Assembly: GCA_030390025.1 (NCBI GenBank)
Contig: CM059431.1
Coordinates: 142,416,001 to 142,480,000 of the forward strand
Length of the DNA: 64,000 nt
Reading direction: 5' to 3'
Origin: Squalus acanthias
Taxonomy: Eukaryota
The position numbers and the translations under genes were made by a program. The notes beneath the pieces are model-generated. The model was not told the DNA's origin. It made no database searches and worked only from the letters and a program-made list of their open reading frames with translations. Within the stretch, counting starts at the first letter, position 1. The number at the start of each line of letters is the position of its first letter. Shown in pieces: positions 15,001 through 27,229 of the stretch.

Positions 15001-15338
15001 CGCCACTCTTTCCAGCTTTGGACCTTCGCTGTTTCTAGCTTTGGAACTTCACAGTTTCTAGCTTTGGACCTTCACTCTTTCTAGCTTTGGAACTTCACAG
15101 TTTCTAGCTTTGGACCTTCACTCTTTCTAGCTTTGGACCTTCTTTGTTTCTAGCTTTGGACCTTCACTGTTTCTTGCTTTGGACCTCCACTTTTTCTCGC
15201 TTTGGTTAGTCACGTTTTCTTGCTATGGACCTCTATTGTTGCTAGCTTTGCACCTCCAGTGTTTTTAGCATTGGACCTCCACTGTGTTTAGCATTGGTAC
15301 ACCACTCTTTCTAACTTTGGACATCCACTGTTTCTACC
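1..15338. repeat. 23-bp tandem satellite array (consensus GTTTCTAGCTTTGGACCTYCACT), runs off the left edge
   Basis: TTTCTAG recurs every 23 nt (e.g. 121, 144). The + strand is pyrimidine-rich. Units degenerate over ~15130-15338. ORFs 3809, 7642 and 12858 are translations of the repeat. Confidence 0.98.
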
Positions 15339-15480
15339 AGCAGACCTTTATGTTACTAATCGAGCCAAATAATCTTAAACTGCAAAGTTTTCCCCTTGAA
15401 TTACCCGGAATCTACCAAAATCAAATTGTTTCTTTTGTTTTACAGCTGATTTAAAACATTAGGATATTTTCTGGTAAAAT

Positions 15481-16413
15481 ATGGTGTTCCTAATGACGTA
15501 CTACAAATGTTAATTTGCTTGTGTTACCCTTTTGCTGATATATATATTACTCGGATATTTAAGCCGCAACATTTCTGACTATTGGCATTACCCAGAGTTA
15601 AATGACGGCTCCTTCTTAATGCGACCAGACAGCAGGTGTGACGTCGGTCCCCCATTCCTGGTCCTTCTTGTCACCAGTGCCCAGGACCAGTTCGAAGCTC
15701 GCTCGGCCATTCGCCAGACCTGGGGCAGAGAGCGGACATCACATGGCAAGAGGGTAGTGACCTACTTCCTGCTCGGGTACAGCCGGGAGCATCAGAAGCA
15801 TCTGCTAGAGGAAGGTTTACTGCACAAAGACATCATACAGAAAGAGTTCAGCGACACTTATTTCAACCTGACCACCAAGGTGCTGATGGGCCTCGAATGG
15901 GTGAGCCGATTTTGTCCATCCGCCTCCTTTGTGATGAAAACCGATTCAGACATGTTTGTCAACGCTGATTATCTGAGAAAGCTCCTCCTGTCACGAACCA
16001 CTCGCAGGAATATCTTCTCCGGCTACATACAGAGAAATGCAAGACCCAACAGGGACAAATCCAGTAAATGGTAGGTGAGTGAACAGGAATACCGTCTGGA
16101 AACGTATCCGCCATTCTGCTCTGGCACTGGGTACCTGCTGACGACCGATGTCGCTTTCCGAGTTTGGAGCGTTTCGAATACCGTCCCCAGATTGAAACTC
16201 GAGGACGTTTTCGTCGCTCTCTGCGTGGCTAAGTTGAAGATAGCGCCGGTGGAAATCCACTCGCGGCAAGCATTCTACAATTCAAAGGTCCCGTTTTCTA
16301 TTTGCGACTTTCGGAAACTCGTGACCTCTCACGGGGTGAAACCCTGCGAGATGCTGAGCTACTGGAAAGCACTGACTGATGCGGCAACTGAGGACTGCCC
16401 TGGAGATACGTGA
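15481..16413 (+). pseudogene. B3GALT5: Beta-1,3-galactosyltransferase 5-like (GT31) coding exon with two in-frame stops
   Basis: ATG 15481 is in frame with ORFs 15532-16074 and 16075-16413, giving 310 codons. Motifs PPFLVLLVTS, AIRQTWG, FVMKTDSDMFVN, YPPFCSGTGY, LEDVFV and the C-terminal EDCP are present. Stops are TAA 15511-15513 and TAG 16072-16074. A splice acceptor tttcttttgttttacAG ends at 15445. Confidence 0.88.
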
Positions 16414-16934
16414 AGGAGGCCATCGTGAAGAGGCTTGTCATTTGCCCCGCCAAATCTCACTTGCACAAATCCCTTTATTGTACTGCATCATTACACCCAT
16501 ACCTGATAAAATAACTGCTGCTGCTGGTGTGCAGGCATAATACTCACTGCCCCTCCAAAATAATCTGTGTCAAGTGCTTTAGGATGATCCTGGGAGATCC
16601 GGCAAGGTGTGAGGTTTATCTATCCTTTATTGGAATTTGTGCAGCTCTGTTCATTTCCTCCATTCTCTTCACATTTATTAAGGATAACTCCTGTATGAAC
16701 AGGCCATGATGTAATTGCACGCTCCTTCCAGTGGTGTTGTTGTAGAGCCTCAGTTTGAACACCCCAGCTCCTCCGCCTGTACCACAGAGAAGCCAAATCC
16801 ACATCTCCGCTTCCCAAACTGCAATTTACCTGGATTTCTGACCACAAATAATAATATAATATCAAGGTATCTAAAAATTTATATTTTTAAGATAATTAGC
16901 GATTGAATCAGAGGGAAGATGAGGTGAATTTGTC

Positions 16935-17120
16935 TCTCGCAGCGAATTGCTATGATCTGGAATGCAATGCTTTGAAAGGGTGGTAGAAGCAGTTTCAACA
17001 GTAACTTTGAAAAGGGAATTGAATGAATACTTGAAGGGGAAAAATGTGCAGGGCTTTGGGGAAGGAGCAGAGGAGTGGGACTAAATGGAGGCTCTTTCAC
17101 AGAGCCGGCATAGGAATGAA
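16935..17120 (+). mobile_element. CR1 LINE 3'-end fragment
   Basis: Similar to the 3' end of the CR1 copy at ~25990-26170 (cagcgaattgctatgatctggaatgc...agagccggca). Confidence 0.6.
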
Positions 17121-18141
17121 TCTTTTAATGAACCAATCAAATTAATCAAAGAGCTCTTAAAAATAATGCCTGCCTTTTTTCAGTATCTGAAATGTCTGAT
17201 CTTCAAAATAAGGTTCAAAATAAAAAATAAAAACTTCATTTCAGCATCAACAGCATTAAATCTAATGATTGCATTGTTTATTTTATTGCCTTGCATGAAG
17301 GATAAACTTCAAAGCCTCAGCATGTCTCAAAAACCTGGGTTTACATTAATATATTTTAACCTCGGAATAGATGAATAAACCTTTCAAAGACACATGTACA
17401 TTCTCAGTTGTTCGAATTTCTGGATCCCAGACAGCCACTTTTCATATTTGCACAAACTACCTAACTCCAGAGCCGGTCTCTCTGTTCACAAACCTTTAGG
17501 CCACATCCCCAGTGCTCCCTGATCCCAGGTCTTGCCCCAGTGCTCTAACACCCTGAGATCCCCAATCATTTTCCCAGGGTCCTAATACTAATGCTAAACC
17601 GTGAGAAGTCAATGTACACAGAAATACATCGATGTTATAACACAGAAACAATCCATTCCGCCCAACCAGTCAATGTCTTTCTTTATCCGCTACACAAGCA
17701 AATAGCTCCAATCATATTGACCCGCCCTGTTCAAACTCTTCTGCGAATGTCAAGGTAATTGACAAAAGAACCAGACGCGACATGAGGAAACAATTGTTTG
17801 CACAGCGAGTTGTTGTTATCGGGCCTGCAATACCTGAAAGTATAGTTGGGGCAGATTGAATTGTAAATTGCAAAAGAGAATTGGAAACGGTGATGACTGC
17901 TGCTGTAAAATCCTTCCCACGGGATGGTTTGAAAAAAATGAAAGTTTATTCTGCACCGTTCCTGCAGAACTAATTTATGGGAGAGGGGAGTCTCTCCCTT
18001 TATTTCCCATTAATCAGAGTCTACAAATATTTCAGGTGTAACTTCCTCGACCGTTTTTGCTGAGGTTACAGAAGTTCCCTCCCCGAGCGTGGCCTCACAC
18101 ACAGAGGGAGGATTATCGGAATATTCCCGGATTCATTACCT

Positions 18142-21100
18142 CATAGCCATAGTCATAGAGACATAGATTTATACAGCACAGAAAGAGGCCCTTCGGCCCA
18201 TCGTGTCCGCGCCGGCCATCAAGCCCTATCTATTCTAATCCCATTTTCCAGCACTTGGTTCGTAGCCTTGTATGCTATGGCGTTTCAAGTGCTCATCTAA
18301 ATGCTTCTTGAATGTTGTGATGGTTCCTGCCTCTACCACCCTTTTAGGCAGTGAGGTCCAGATTCCAACCACCCTCTGGGTGAAAAAGTATTTCCTCAAT
18401 TCCCCTCTAAAGCTCCTGCCCCTTACCTTGAATCTATGCCCCCTGGTTATTGACCACTCTAGTAATGGGAAAAGTTCATTTCTATCTAAACTATCTATGC
18501 CCCCCATAATTTTGTACACCACAATCAGGTCCCCCCTAAGCCTTCTCTTCTCTAAGGAAAACAACCCCAGCATGTCCAGTCTCTCTTCAAAGCTGAAGCG
18601 CTCCAGCCCAGGTAACATCCTACTGAATTTCCGCTGCATCCTCTCCAATGCAATCAGATCCTTCCTATAGTGTGGCGACCAGAACTGCACACAGTATTCT
18701 AGCTGTGGCCTAACTAGCGTTTGGTACAGCTCCATCATAAACTCCCTGCTCTTATATTCTATGACTCGGTTAATGAAGCCAAGTATCCCCTATGCCTTTT
18801 TAACCATCTTATCTACCTGTCCCGGTGCCTTCAGGGATCTATATACATGCACACCAAGGTCCCTTTGATCCTCTGTCCTTCCTTTGGTCCTAACATTAAT
18901 TGTGTATTCCCTTGCCTTGTTAGTCCTCCTAAAATGCATCACCTCACACTTTTCAAGGTTAAATTGCATTTGCCACTGTTCTGCCCGTCTGACCAAACCG
19001 TTTATCTCGTCCTGTAGCCTGAGGCTTCCCTCCTCGCTATTTACCACCCCACCAATTTTCGTGTCATCTGCGAACTTACTGATCATACCTCCTACATTCA
19101 TATCTAAATCATGAATATACACTACAAACAACAAAGGACCCAGCAGCGATCCCTGCGGTACACCACTGGACACAGGCTTCCAGTCACAAAAACAACCTTC
19201 GACCATCACTCTCTGACTCCTGCCACTAAGCCAATTTTGGATCCAATGTGCCAAATTGCCCTGAATAACATGGGCTCTTACCTTCTTGACCAGTCTCCCA
19301 TGCGGGACTTTGTCAAAAGCCTTACTGGAGTCCATGTAGACTACATCAACTGCACTACCCTCATCCACAAAGCTAGTCACCCCATCGAAACATTCAATCA
19401 AATTGGTAAGACATGATCTCCCCCTGACAAAACCATGCTGACTATCCTTAATTAATCCTTGCCTCTCCAAGTGGAGACAAATTCTGTCCCTCAGAATTTT
19501 TTCCAATAACTTCCCTACCACTGATATCAGGCTCACTGGCCTGTAATTCCCTGGTTTATCCCTACTACCTTACTTGAATAATGGTACTATGTTAGATATC
19601 CTCCAGTCATCTGGCACCTCCCCTGTGGCCAGAAAGGTTCTGAAAATTTGTGTCAGAGCCCTGCAATCTCCTCCCAAGCCACACACAGCAGCCTGGGATA
19701 CATCTCGTCTGGGCCTGGGGATTTATCCACTTTTAAGCCTGCTAAAAGTGCAAGTGCCCCCTCCCTCTGAATAATAATTTGTTCAAGTATATCACAATCC
19801 CCCTGCCTGATTTCTATGGCTACATCGTCCCTCTTCATAGTGAACACAGATGCAAAATATTCAGTTAAAACCTCACCCACATCTTCCGGCTCTACACACA
19901 GATTGCCACTTGGGTCCCTAATGGGCCCTACTCTTTCCCTGGTTATCCTCTTGCCCTTAATATACTTATAAAACACCTTGGGATTTTCCTTTATTTTGCC
20001 CACCAGTGTTATTTCATGCCCCCTTTTCGCTCTCCTAATTTATTTTTTAAGTAACCCCCTGCACTTTCTATATTCCTCTAGGGTTTCCACTGTTTTCAGT
20101 CGTTTGTATCTGCCAAAAGCTTCCCTTTTATTCCTAATTCATTCTTATATAACCCTTGACGTCCAGGGTTCCCTGGGCCTGTTGGTCCCACCCTTGACCT
20201 TTACGGGAACATGTTGGCGTTGTGCTCTCTCTATTTCCTTTCCGAAAGACGCCCACTGCTCTGATGTGGATTTTCTTACACGTAGCTGATCCCAATCCAC
20301 TTTAGCCAGATCCTGCCTTATCATATTAAAATCGTCCTTCCCCCAATTTAGAAACTTTATTTCCGGTCCATCTTTGTCCTATTCCATGACTACCTTGAAT
20401 CTAACCGAATTATGGTCACTGTTACCAAAATGCTCTCCAACTGACACTTCTACCACTTGCCCGGCTACATTCCCTAGAATTAGATCAAGTACCGACCCCT
20501 CTCTTGTACGACTTTCTACGTGCTGGCTCAAAAAGCACTCCGGGATGCTCTTTAAGAATTCTGCACCCTCTAAGCCTTTCACATTCTGACTATCCCAGTT
20601 AATATTGGGGAAGTTCAAATCCCCTACTATTATTACCCAAATATTTCTACACTTCTCTGAGATTTGCCTATATATCTGTTCCTCTATCTCCCCCTGACTG
20701 TTTGGGGGCCTATAGTACACTCCCAGCAAAGTGCTTGCCCCCTTTTTGTTTTAAGGTTCTACCCATATGGCCTCATTAGAGGAACCTGCTGAGATATCAT
20801 CCCTCCTTACAGCAGTAATTGACTCCTTGATTAATATTGCTACACCCCCTCCTCTTTTACACCCCCCTCTGTCTCGCCTGAAGATTCCATACACCGGAAT
20901 ATTGAGCTGCCAGTCCTGCCTATCCCTCAACCACGTCTCTGTGATAGCAACATTATCATTCTCCCATGTGTTCATCAACATCTTCAATTCATCTGCCTTA
21001 CTCGCAAGACTCCTTGCATTAAAATAAATGCCATCCAGCCTTGCCATACTCCCTTGTGCCGTTACATTTTTGCTCTGCCTTCCAGGCTGACTTGTTTTTT

Positions 21101-22026
21101 CCTCTACATTTGGCTGTGCATCACCCCCGACTGTATCTCCACTCCGTATCCCATCCCCCTGCCAAGTTAGTTTAACAGCCCCCCCCCAAAAAAAAACAGT
21201 ACTAGCAAACCTTCCCGCAAGGATGTTGATCCTGTTCCGGTTCAGGTGCAACCCTTCCGATTTGTACAGGTCCCATCTTCCCCAGAAGAAGACCCAGTGA
21301 TCCAGGAAACTAAAGCCTCCCTCCTGCACCAACTCTTTAGCCACGCATTCATCTGCTCTATCCTCCTATTCCTATACTCACTAGCACGTGGCACCGGGAG
21401 TAATCCAAGAATATAACCTTTGAGGTCCTGCTTTTTAATGTGCTACCTAGCTCCCTTAATTCTTTTTGTAGGACCTCATCCCTCTGTCTACCCATGTCGT
21501 TGGTACCAATGTGAACCACGACCTCTAAATGTTCGCCCTCCCCCTTCGGAATGTCCTGCAGCCGTTCAGTGACATCCTTGACCCTGGCACCAAGGAAGCA
21601 ACATGCCATCCGGGAGTCACGTCTGCGGTCACAGAAACGTCTATCTGTTCCCCTTACTATAGAATCCCCTATCACTATTGCTCTCCCACTCTTGTTCCTC
21701 CCCTCCTGTGCAGCTGAGCCACTCGTAGTGCCACGGTCTTGGCTCTTGCTGCATTCTCCTGAGAAACCATCTCCCCCATCAGTATCCAAAATGGAAAATC
21801 TGTCGGAGAGGGAGATGGACCCAGGTGACTCCTGCACTACTTTCCTAGTTCATTTACTCTGCCTGGCGGTCACCCATTCCCTGTCAGCCTGTGCACTCTT
21901 TACCTGCGATGTGACCACCTCGTTAAACCTGCTATCCACAAAGATCTCAGCTTCGTGGATGCTCCACAGTGACTCCAGCCGCAGCTCCAGCTCCGAAACG
22001 CGGATTTCGAGTAGCTGCAGCTGGCT
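18142..22026 (-). mobile_element. Near full-length, frameshifted CR1-clade LINE (SGNH-esterase ORF1, APE endonuclease, RT)
   Basis: ORF 21358-21837 has GDSIVR/GTND. ORFs 20751-21344 and 20379-20729 have NARS, ITETW, YRPP, GDLN and SDH. ORF 18790-19536 has QHGF, GVPQGS and KFADD. ORF 18235-18738 is the C-terminus. A short-repeat tail lies at 18142-18170. Confidence 0.93.
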
Positions 22027-22259
22027 GAAGATGTTTGGGCCTAGGACACCGCCCTGAGGAACTCCTGCAGCGTTGTCCTGGGGCTTTGATGATTAATCTT
22101 CAACCACCACAACCAACGGTTGTTAAACGGTGTAGGAAAGACAGCATCAGGTCAAAAGTTCAGCTTAGGGTCTCTTTCCCAAATAAGAGTTTTATATACT
22201 AAGGTACGGGGTATGAGAAATACATTTAGTGAATTGGAGGCTCAAATTTGTCAAATGGA

Positions 22260-23165
22260 TCCGCGGTTGCTGATGATACAAAGCTAGGTGTGAAAGTAAG
22301 TTGTGAGGCAGGATGCAAATATGTTTCAAAGGGATATCGACAGGTTAAGTGATTGGTAAATAACATGGCAGATGGAACATAACGTGGAGAATGTGAAGTT
22401 ATCCACTTTGGTAGGAAAAATAGAAAGACAGAATATTCTTAAATGGTAGGAAATCGGGAAATGTTGGGATTGAGAGGGAACTGGGTGTCCTTATACACTG
22501 CAAGTTAGCATGGAGGTACAGCAAGCAATTAGGAAATCAAATGATATGTTAGCTTTAATTTAAAAAAAAGATTGAAGTATAAGAGGTAATAAGTCGTACT
22601 GCAATTATATCAGTCCTTGGTGAGACCACACCTGGAGTACTGTGTAAAGTTTTGGTCTCCTTACCTAAGGAAGGATATACTTGCCTTAGAGTGCCTGTAA
22701 CGAAGGTCCAACAGACTGATTGCTTGGGATGAGGGGATTGTCCTATGAGGAGAGATTGAAGAGACTAGGCCCATACTCCCGAGAATTTAGAAGAATGTGA
22801 GGTGATCTCATTGAAACATATAACCTTATTACAGGGCTTGACAGGGTTGATGCTGGGAGAGGTTTCCCCTGTCTGTGGAGTCTAGAACTAGGGAACACAG
22901 TCTCAGAATAAGGGCTCGGCAATTTAGGACTGAGATGAGATGGAATTTCTTCACTCAGATATTTGCGAATCTTTGGAATTCTCTACACCAGAAGACTGTG
23001 GGTGCTCAGACATAGATCAGTAGTTTTTTGGATATTAACGGAATCAAGGGATATGAAGTTAATGCGGGAGGGTGGAGTTGAGGTAGAACATCAGCCATGA
23101 TCTTATTGAATGACGGAGCAGGCTCGAGGGCCCGTATGGCCTACTCCTGCTCCCATTGCTTATGT
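22260..23165 (+). mobile_element. Decayed CR1 3' fragment
   Basis: RT C-terminal remnants (gtgagaccacacctggagtactgtg) plus the CR1 3' hairpin and ttatg tail. Confidence 0.8.
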
Positions 23166-23169
23166 TCTT

Positions 23170-26100
23170 AAATACAGCTTTGAGGGCACTAATAGTAGTT
23201 ATTACTGGGACATGCTGTAATCTGGTCATGATTGGGAGATACATATTCGAGGGTATCCATTCTGTAGAAAGGATAGGGAATCTGTAAGAAGAGGATTGGT
23301 AGCCTTAACGATTAAAGGTATATTACAGCATTAATAAGAGAGGATACAGGTAAGAGACAATAATCAGCTGAGACTCTGTGGTGGGAATTGAGGAATAAGC
23401 TTGTACTTAATGCTTTAATGGGAGTTATCTACAAGCTTCCCGATAGCAGGAATGACGATACAGAATATGTTAATTCAGAGATTAGAGAGGATTACAGCAA
23501 AATAATGGTTGTTTTATTTTGAGACTTTAACTTTCAGAAAGAATGTGAAGAGAACAGTAGCTCAAGTCGGAAAGGTAGTGGATTTATTGAGTCCATTCAA
23601 GATAGTTTTCTGGAGCAATAAGTTGAAGAACCAACAGGAGGGTAGGCCATACTAGATTTAGTAATGAATAATGAGCCAGTCTTATTATTAATCTAACAGT
23701 AAGAGAACTATTATCTAAAAGTGATCAAAATATGATCGAATGCAATGATGGTTCTAAAATGAGAAACGTAACACAATTTTAAGATTCTACAGAAAGGTTC
23801 AGGGAGAAAACAGGTAATTATAGACCTTTTAGTATAATATTTGTTGTCGGGAAGTTAATGGCATCTATAATTAAAGACAGCGTGACTGAGCACTTCGACA
23901 ATATCGAGCTGATTAGAGAGAGCCAACATGGATTTGTAAATGGGAGATCATGTCTAACGAACCTATTTGAATTTTTTTGAGGGGATAACTAAAGCGGTAG
24001 TGAGGAAAATGTATATTGATATTGTTCATATTGAATCCCAGAAGGCATTCGATAGGGTTCCACATAAGAGACTGTTCGCTCAAATTAAAGTTCATGGAGT
24101 TGAAGGCAAATTATTGACGTGGTTAGGATACTGGTTAGGCAGTAGGAGAGAGAGTAGGGATAATGAATATATACTCGCATTGGAAGGAAGTGACTATTGG
24201 TGTCCGACAAGAACTTTGCTGGGACTTAAACAATTCACTTAATTTATTAATGTCTTCCAGAACAAAATAGAGAGTCATATATCCAAGTTTGCCGATGAAA
24301 CAGAGGTTGGTGGCACAGTAAGTAATGTCGACGGGAACTTAACATTACGAAGATGCATTGATAGATTAAGTGAATGGCAAAAGTGTGGCAGATGGTCTTC
24401 AATACAGGTAAATGTGTGGATATACATCATGGACCAAAAACGATTAGATCTGAGTATTTTGACTGGTGAAAAGATAGGAAAAGTTGAGGTCCTAACAGAT
24501 TTAGGGGTCCATGTACACAGATTATTAAAATGTATTAGTCAGATACAAAATAATCAAAACGGCTCATGGAATATTAGCATTTATAACTAGAGGGCTATCA
24601 GGTAAAGGGTAGAATGTTTTGCTGCAGCTATACAAAGCCCTGCTTAGACCACATCTGGAATACTGTTTACAGTTCTGGGAACCACACCTCAGAAAGGAGA
24701 TATTGGCCTTGGAAGGATTACAGCGCAGATTCACCAGAATGTTACCAGGGCTCCAAGGGTTAGACTATTAAGAGAGATTACATGAACTATTTATTTCACC
24801 CATTAACCTTCTATATTGAAATATAGAAGGTTAATAGGTGAAATAAATTAAGTTTTTTTTAGGGTTTTGAAAGGAATAATCCGGGACAAAATTAACAGTA
24901 ACTTGGACAAGTCTGGATTAATTAAGGGAAGCCAGCACGGATTTGTTAAATGCAAATCGTGTTTGACTCACTTGATTGAATTTTTTTGATGAGGCAAGAG
25001 AGAGGCTTGATTAGGCCAATGCGCTTGATGTGGTGTACATGGACTTCAAAAAGGCGTTTGATAAAGTGCCACATAATCGGCTTGCCAGCAAAGTTGAAGC
25101 CCATGGAATAAAAGAGACAGTGGCAGCATGGAGACGAAATTGGCTAAGTGACAGGAAACAGAGAGTAGTGGTGAATGTTTCTTTTCCGGACTGGAGGAAG
25201 GTACACAGTGTTGTTCCCCAGGGATGGGGTCGCTACTATGACCAGTGCTTTCTTGATATATATTAATGATTTGGACTTGTTGTAACTGGCACTATTTCAA
25301 ATTTTGCGGATGACACAAAACTTGGAAGTATTGTGAACAGTGAGGAGGACAGGGATAGACTTCAAGAGGGCTTAGACAGGCTGGTGGAATGGGCGGACAC
25401 ATGGCAGATGAAGTTTAACACAGAAAAGTGTGAAGTGATATATTTTGGTAGGAAGAACGAGGAGAGGCAATATGAACTAAAGAGTACAATTCCAAAGTGG
25501 TTGCAGGAACAGAGAGTCATGGGAATATATGTACACAATTTTTTGAAGGTGGCAGGGCAGGTTGAGAAAGCGGTTAAAAAAACATACAGAATCCTGTGCT
25601 TTATAAATAGAGGATAAGAATACTGAAGCAAATAAGTTATGATGAAGGTTTATAAAATACTGGTTCGGCCACAACTGGAGCATTGTGTCCAATTCTGGGC
25701 ACCGCACTTTAGGAAGGAAGGCAAGGCTTTAGAGAGGGTTCAGAAAATATTTACAGGGATGGTTCCAGGGATGAAGGACATCAGTTACGTGGATAGACTG
25801 GAGAAACTGGGGTTGTTTTCGTTAGCGCAGAGAAGATTGAGAGAAGATTTCTTGCTCAAAATCATGAGAGGTCTAGACAGAGTAGATAGAGAGAAACTGT
25901 TCCCATTGGCGGAAAGGTCGAGAACCAGAGGACACAGATTTAAGGTGATTGGCAGAAGAAACAAAGGCGATGGGACGAAAAACTGTTTTACTCAGCGAGT
26001 GGTTATGATCTGTAATGCACTGCCTGAACGGGTGGTGGAGGCAGATTCAATCGTGGCTTTCAAAAGGGAATTTGATAAGTACCTGAAGGGAAAGTGATTG

Positions 26101-26558
26101 CAGGGCTACGAGGAATGGGCGGGGAAGTGGGAACAGCTGAAGTGCTCTTGCAGAGAACCGGCAACGGCTCGACGGGCCGAATGGCCTCCTACTGTGCTGC
26201 AACAATTAGATGATTCTATGATAGGGCGGAGAGAAAGGCTTTCCGCTGTCTGGCGAGTCTAGGACAGGGAACAGAACCATTAAGTCAGAGCAAGGCCTTT
26301 CAGGAGAGATGTTAGGAAATACTAATTTCCGAAAATGGTGGTGGAACTTTGGAACTCTCTCCCACAAAAAGCAGTAGATGCTAACGAAACTAATAATTTT
26401 AAATCGGAGATCGATAGCTTTTTGCTAGCCAAGGTTATTAAAGCATATGGAGTGAAGGCGGATATATGTAGTTAGGGTAAAGATCATCCCTGATCTAATT
26501 GAATGGTGTAGCAGGCTCAAGGGGCAGATTGGTCCACTCCTGTTCCTATGGTTCTATG
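23170..26558 (+). mobile_element. Old, internally deleted CR1 interrupted by a younger CR1
   Basis: EN and RT remnants (ORF 23967: KAFDRVPH). The host sequence breaks at ~24877 and resumes at ~26221, with its tail ctatggttctatg at ~26547-26558. Confidence 0.75.
24878..26220 (+). mobile_element. 5'-truncated CR1 nested in the older CR1
   Basis: ORFs 25030, 25333 and 25639 are RT/C-terminal pieces. It has its own tail gattctatgat at ~26212-26222. Confidence 0.85.
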
Positions 26559-26812
26559 TTAAACACACACTCCCTCCATCACTGGTGCACCGTTTCTGTA
26601 ATGGGTATTAACTACAAGATGAACTGCAGCAACTCGCCAAGGCTTCTTGGACAGCATCTCCCGAACCGGCAATCACTGCCAGCGAGTAGGACAAGGGCAG
26701 CAGACGCGTGGGAGCGGCCAGCTTCCAATTCAAGTCACACACCATCCTGACTGGAACATATAATACCGTTCCTTCATCGTCACTGGGTCCAAATCCTGGA
26801 AATCCCTACCTA
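26559..26812 (+). mobile_element. 3' part of a second LINE family, split by the young CR1; resumes at ~30275-30410
   Basis: The sequence aaatcctggaaatccctaccta continues after the insert as acactgagggagtac...ggactgcagcggttcaag...gggcaataaatgctggcc. It appears to be the same family as the minus-strand element at 31510-33770. Confidence 0.6.
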
Positions 26813-27219
26813 TGTGCAAGGGTCAAGGATGTCTCGGCGCGGGTGCAGAACATTCTGGAGGGGGAGGGGGAACAGCCAGTTGTCGTGATACATGTTGGTA
26901 CCAACGACGTAGCTAAAAAAAGGGAAGAGGTCCTACAAGTAGAATTTAGGGAGTTAGGAGCCAAGCTAAAAAGTAGGACCTCGAAGGTAGTAATCTCTGG
27001 ATTACTACCAGTGCCACGTGCTAGTAAGAGTACAGAGAACAGGATAGTTAGGCTAAATACGTGGCTTGAGCAGTGGTGTAAGAGGGAGGGTTTTAAATTT
27101 TTGAGGCATTGGGACCAGTTTTGTGGTAGGTGTGACCTATACAAAAGGGACGGTCGACACCTGTGCAAAGATGGAACTGATGTTCTCGGGGTAAATTTTG
27201 ATAAAGCAGTTCGGGAGCA

Positions 27220-27229
27220 TTTAAACTAG
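27220..27229 (+). promoter_or_regulatory. Candidate -1 ribosomal frameshift heptamer T_TTA_AAC immediately before the ORF1 stop
   Basis: ORF1 reads CAT TTA AAC TAG. The -1 frame reads TTT AAA CTA GTA TGG CAG GGG, which is the ORF2 frame. Confidence 0.6.

Noticed and set aside
1..15338. CRISPR array or coding ORFs (3809, 7642, 12858) in the regular repeat
   Set aside because: Head-to-tail monomers with no unique spacers, a eukaryotic context, and ORFs that are chance stop-free translations.
16066..16081. Stop-codon readthrough or splicing (TAG GTGAGT) rescuing B3GALT5
   Set aside because: A second stop at 15511 also breaks the frame, and GTG AGT simply encodes the conserved Val-Ser.
20751..21344. 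Naturally fused ORF1-ORF2 in the minus-strand CR1
   Set aside because: The fusion crosses T and G homopolymer runs (21179-21196) that probably changed length. The ORF1 stop TAA is still present after GTTAAAC.
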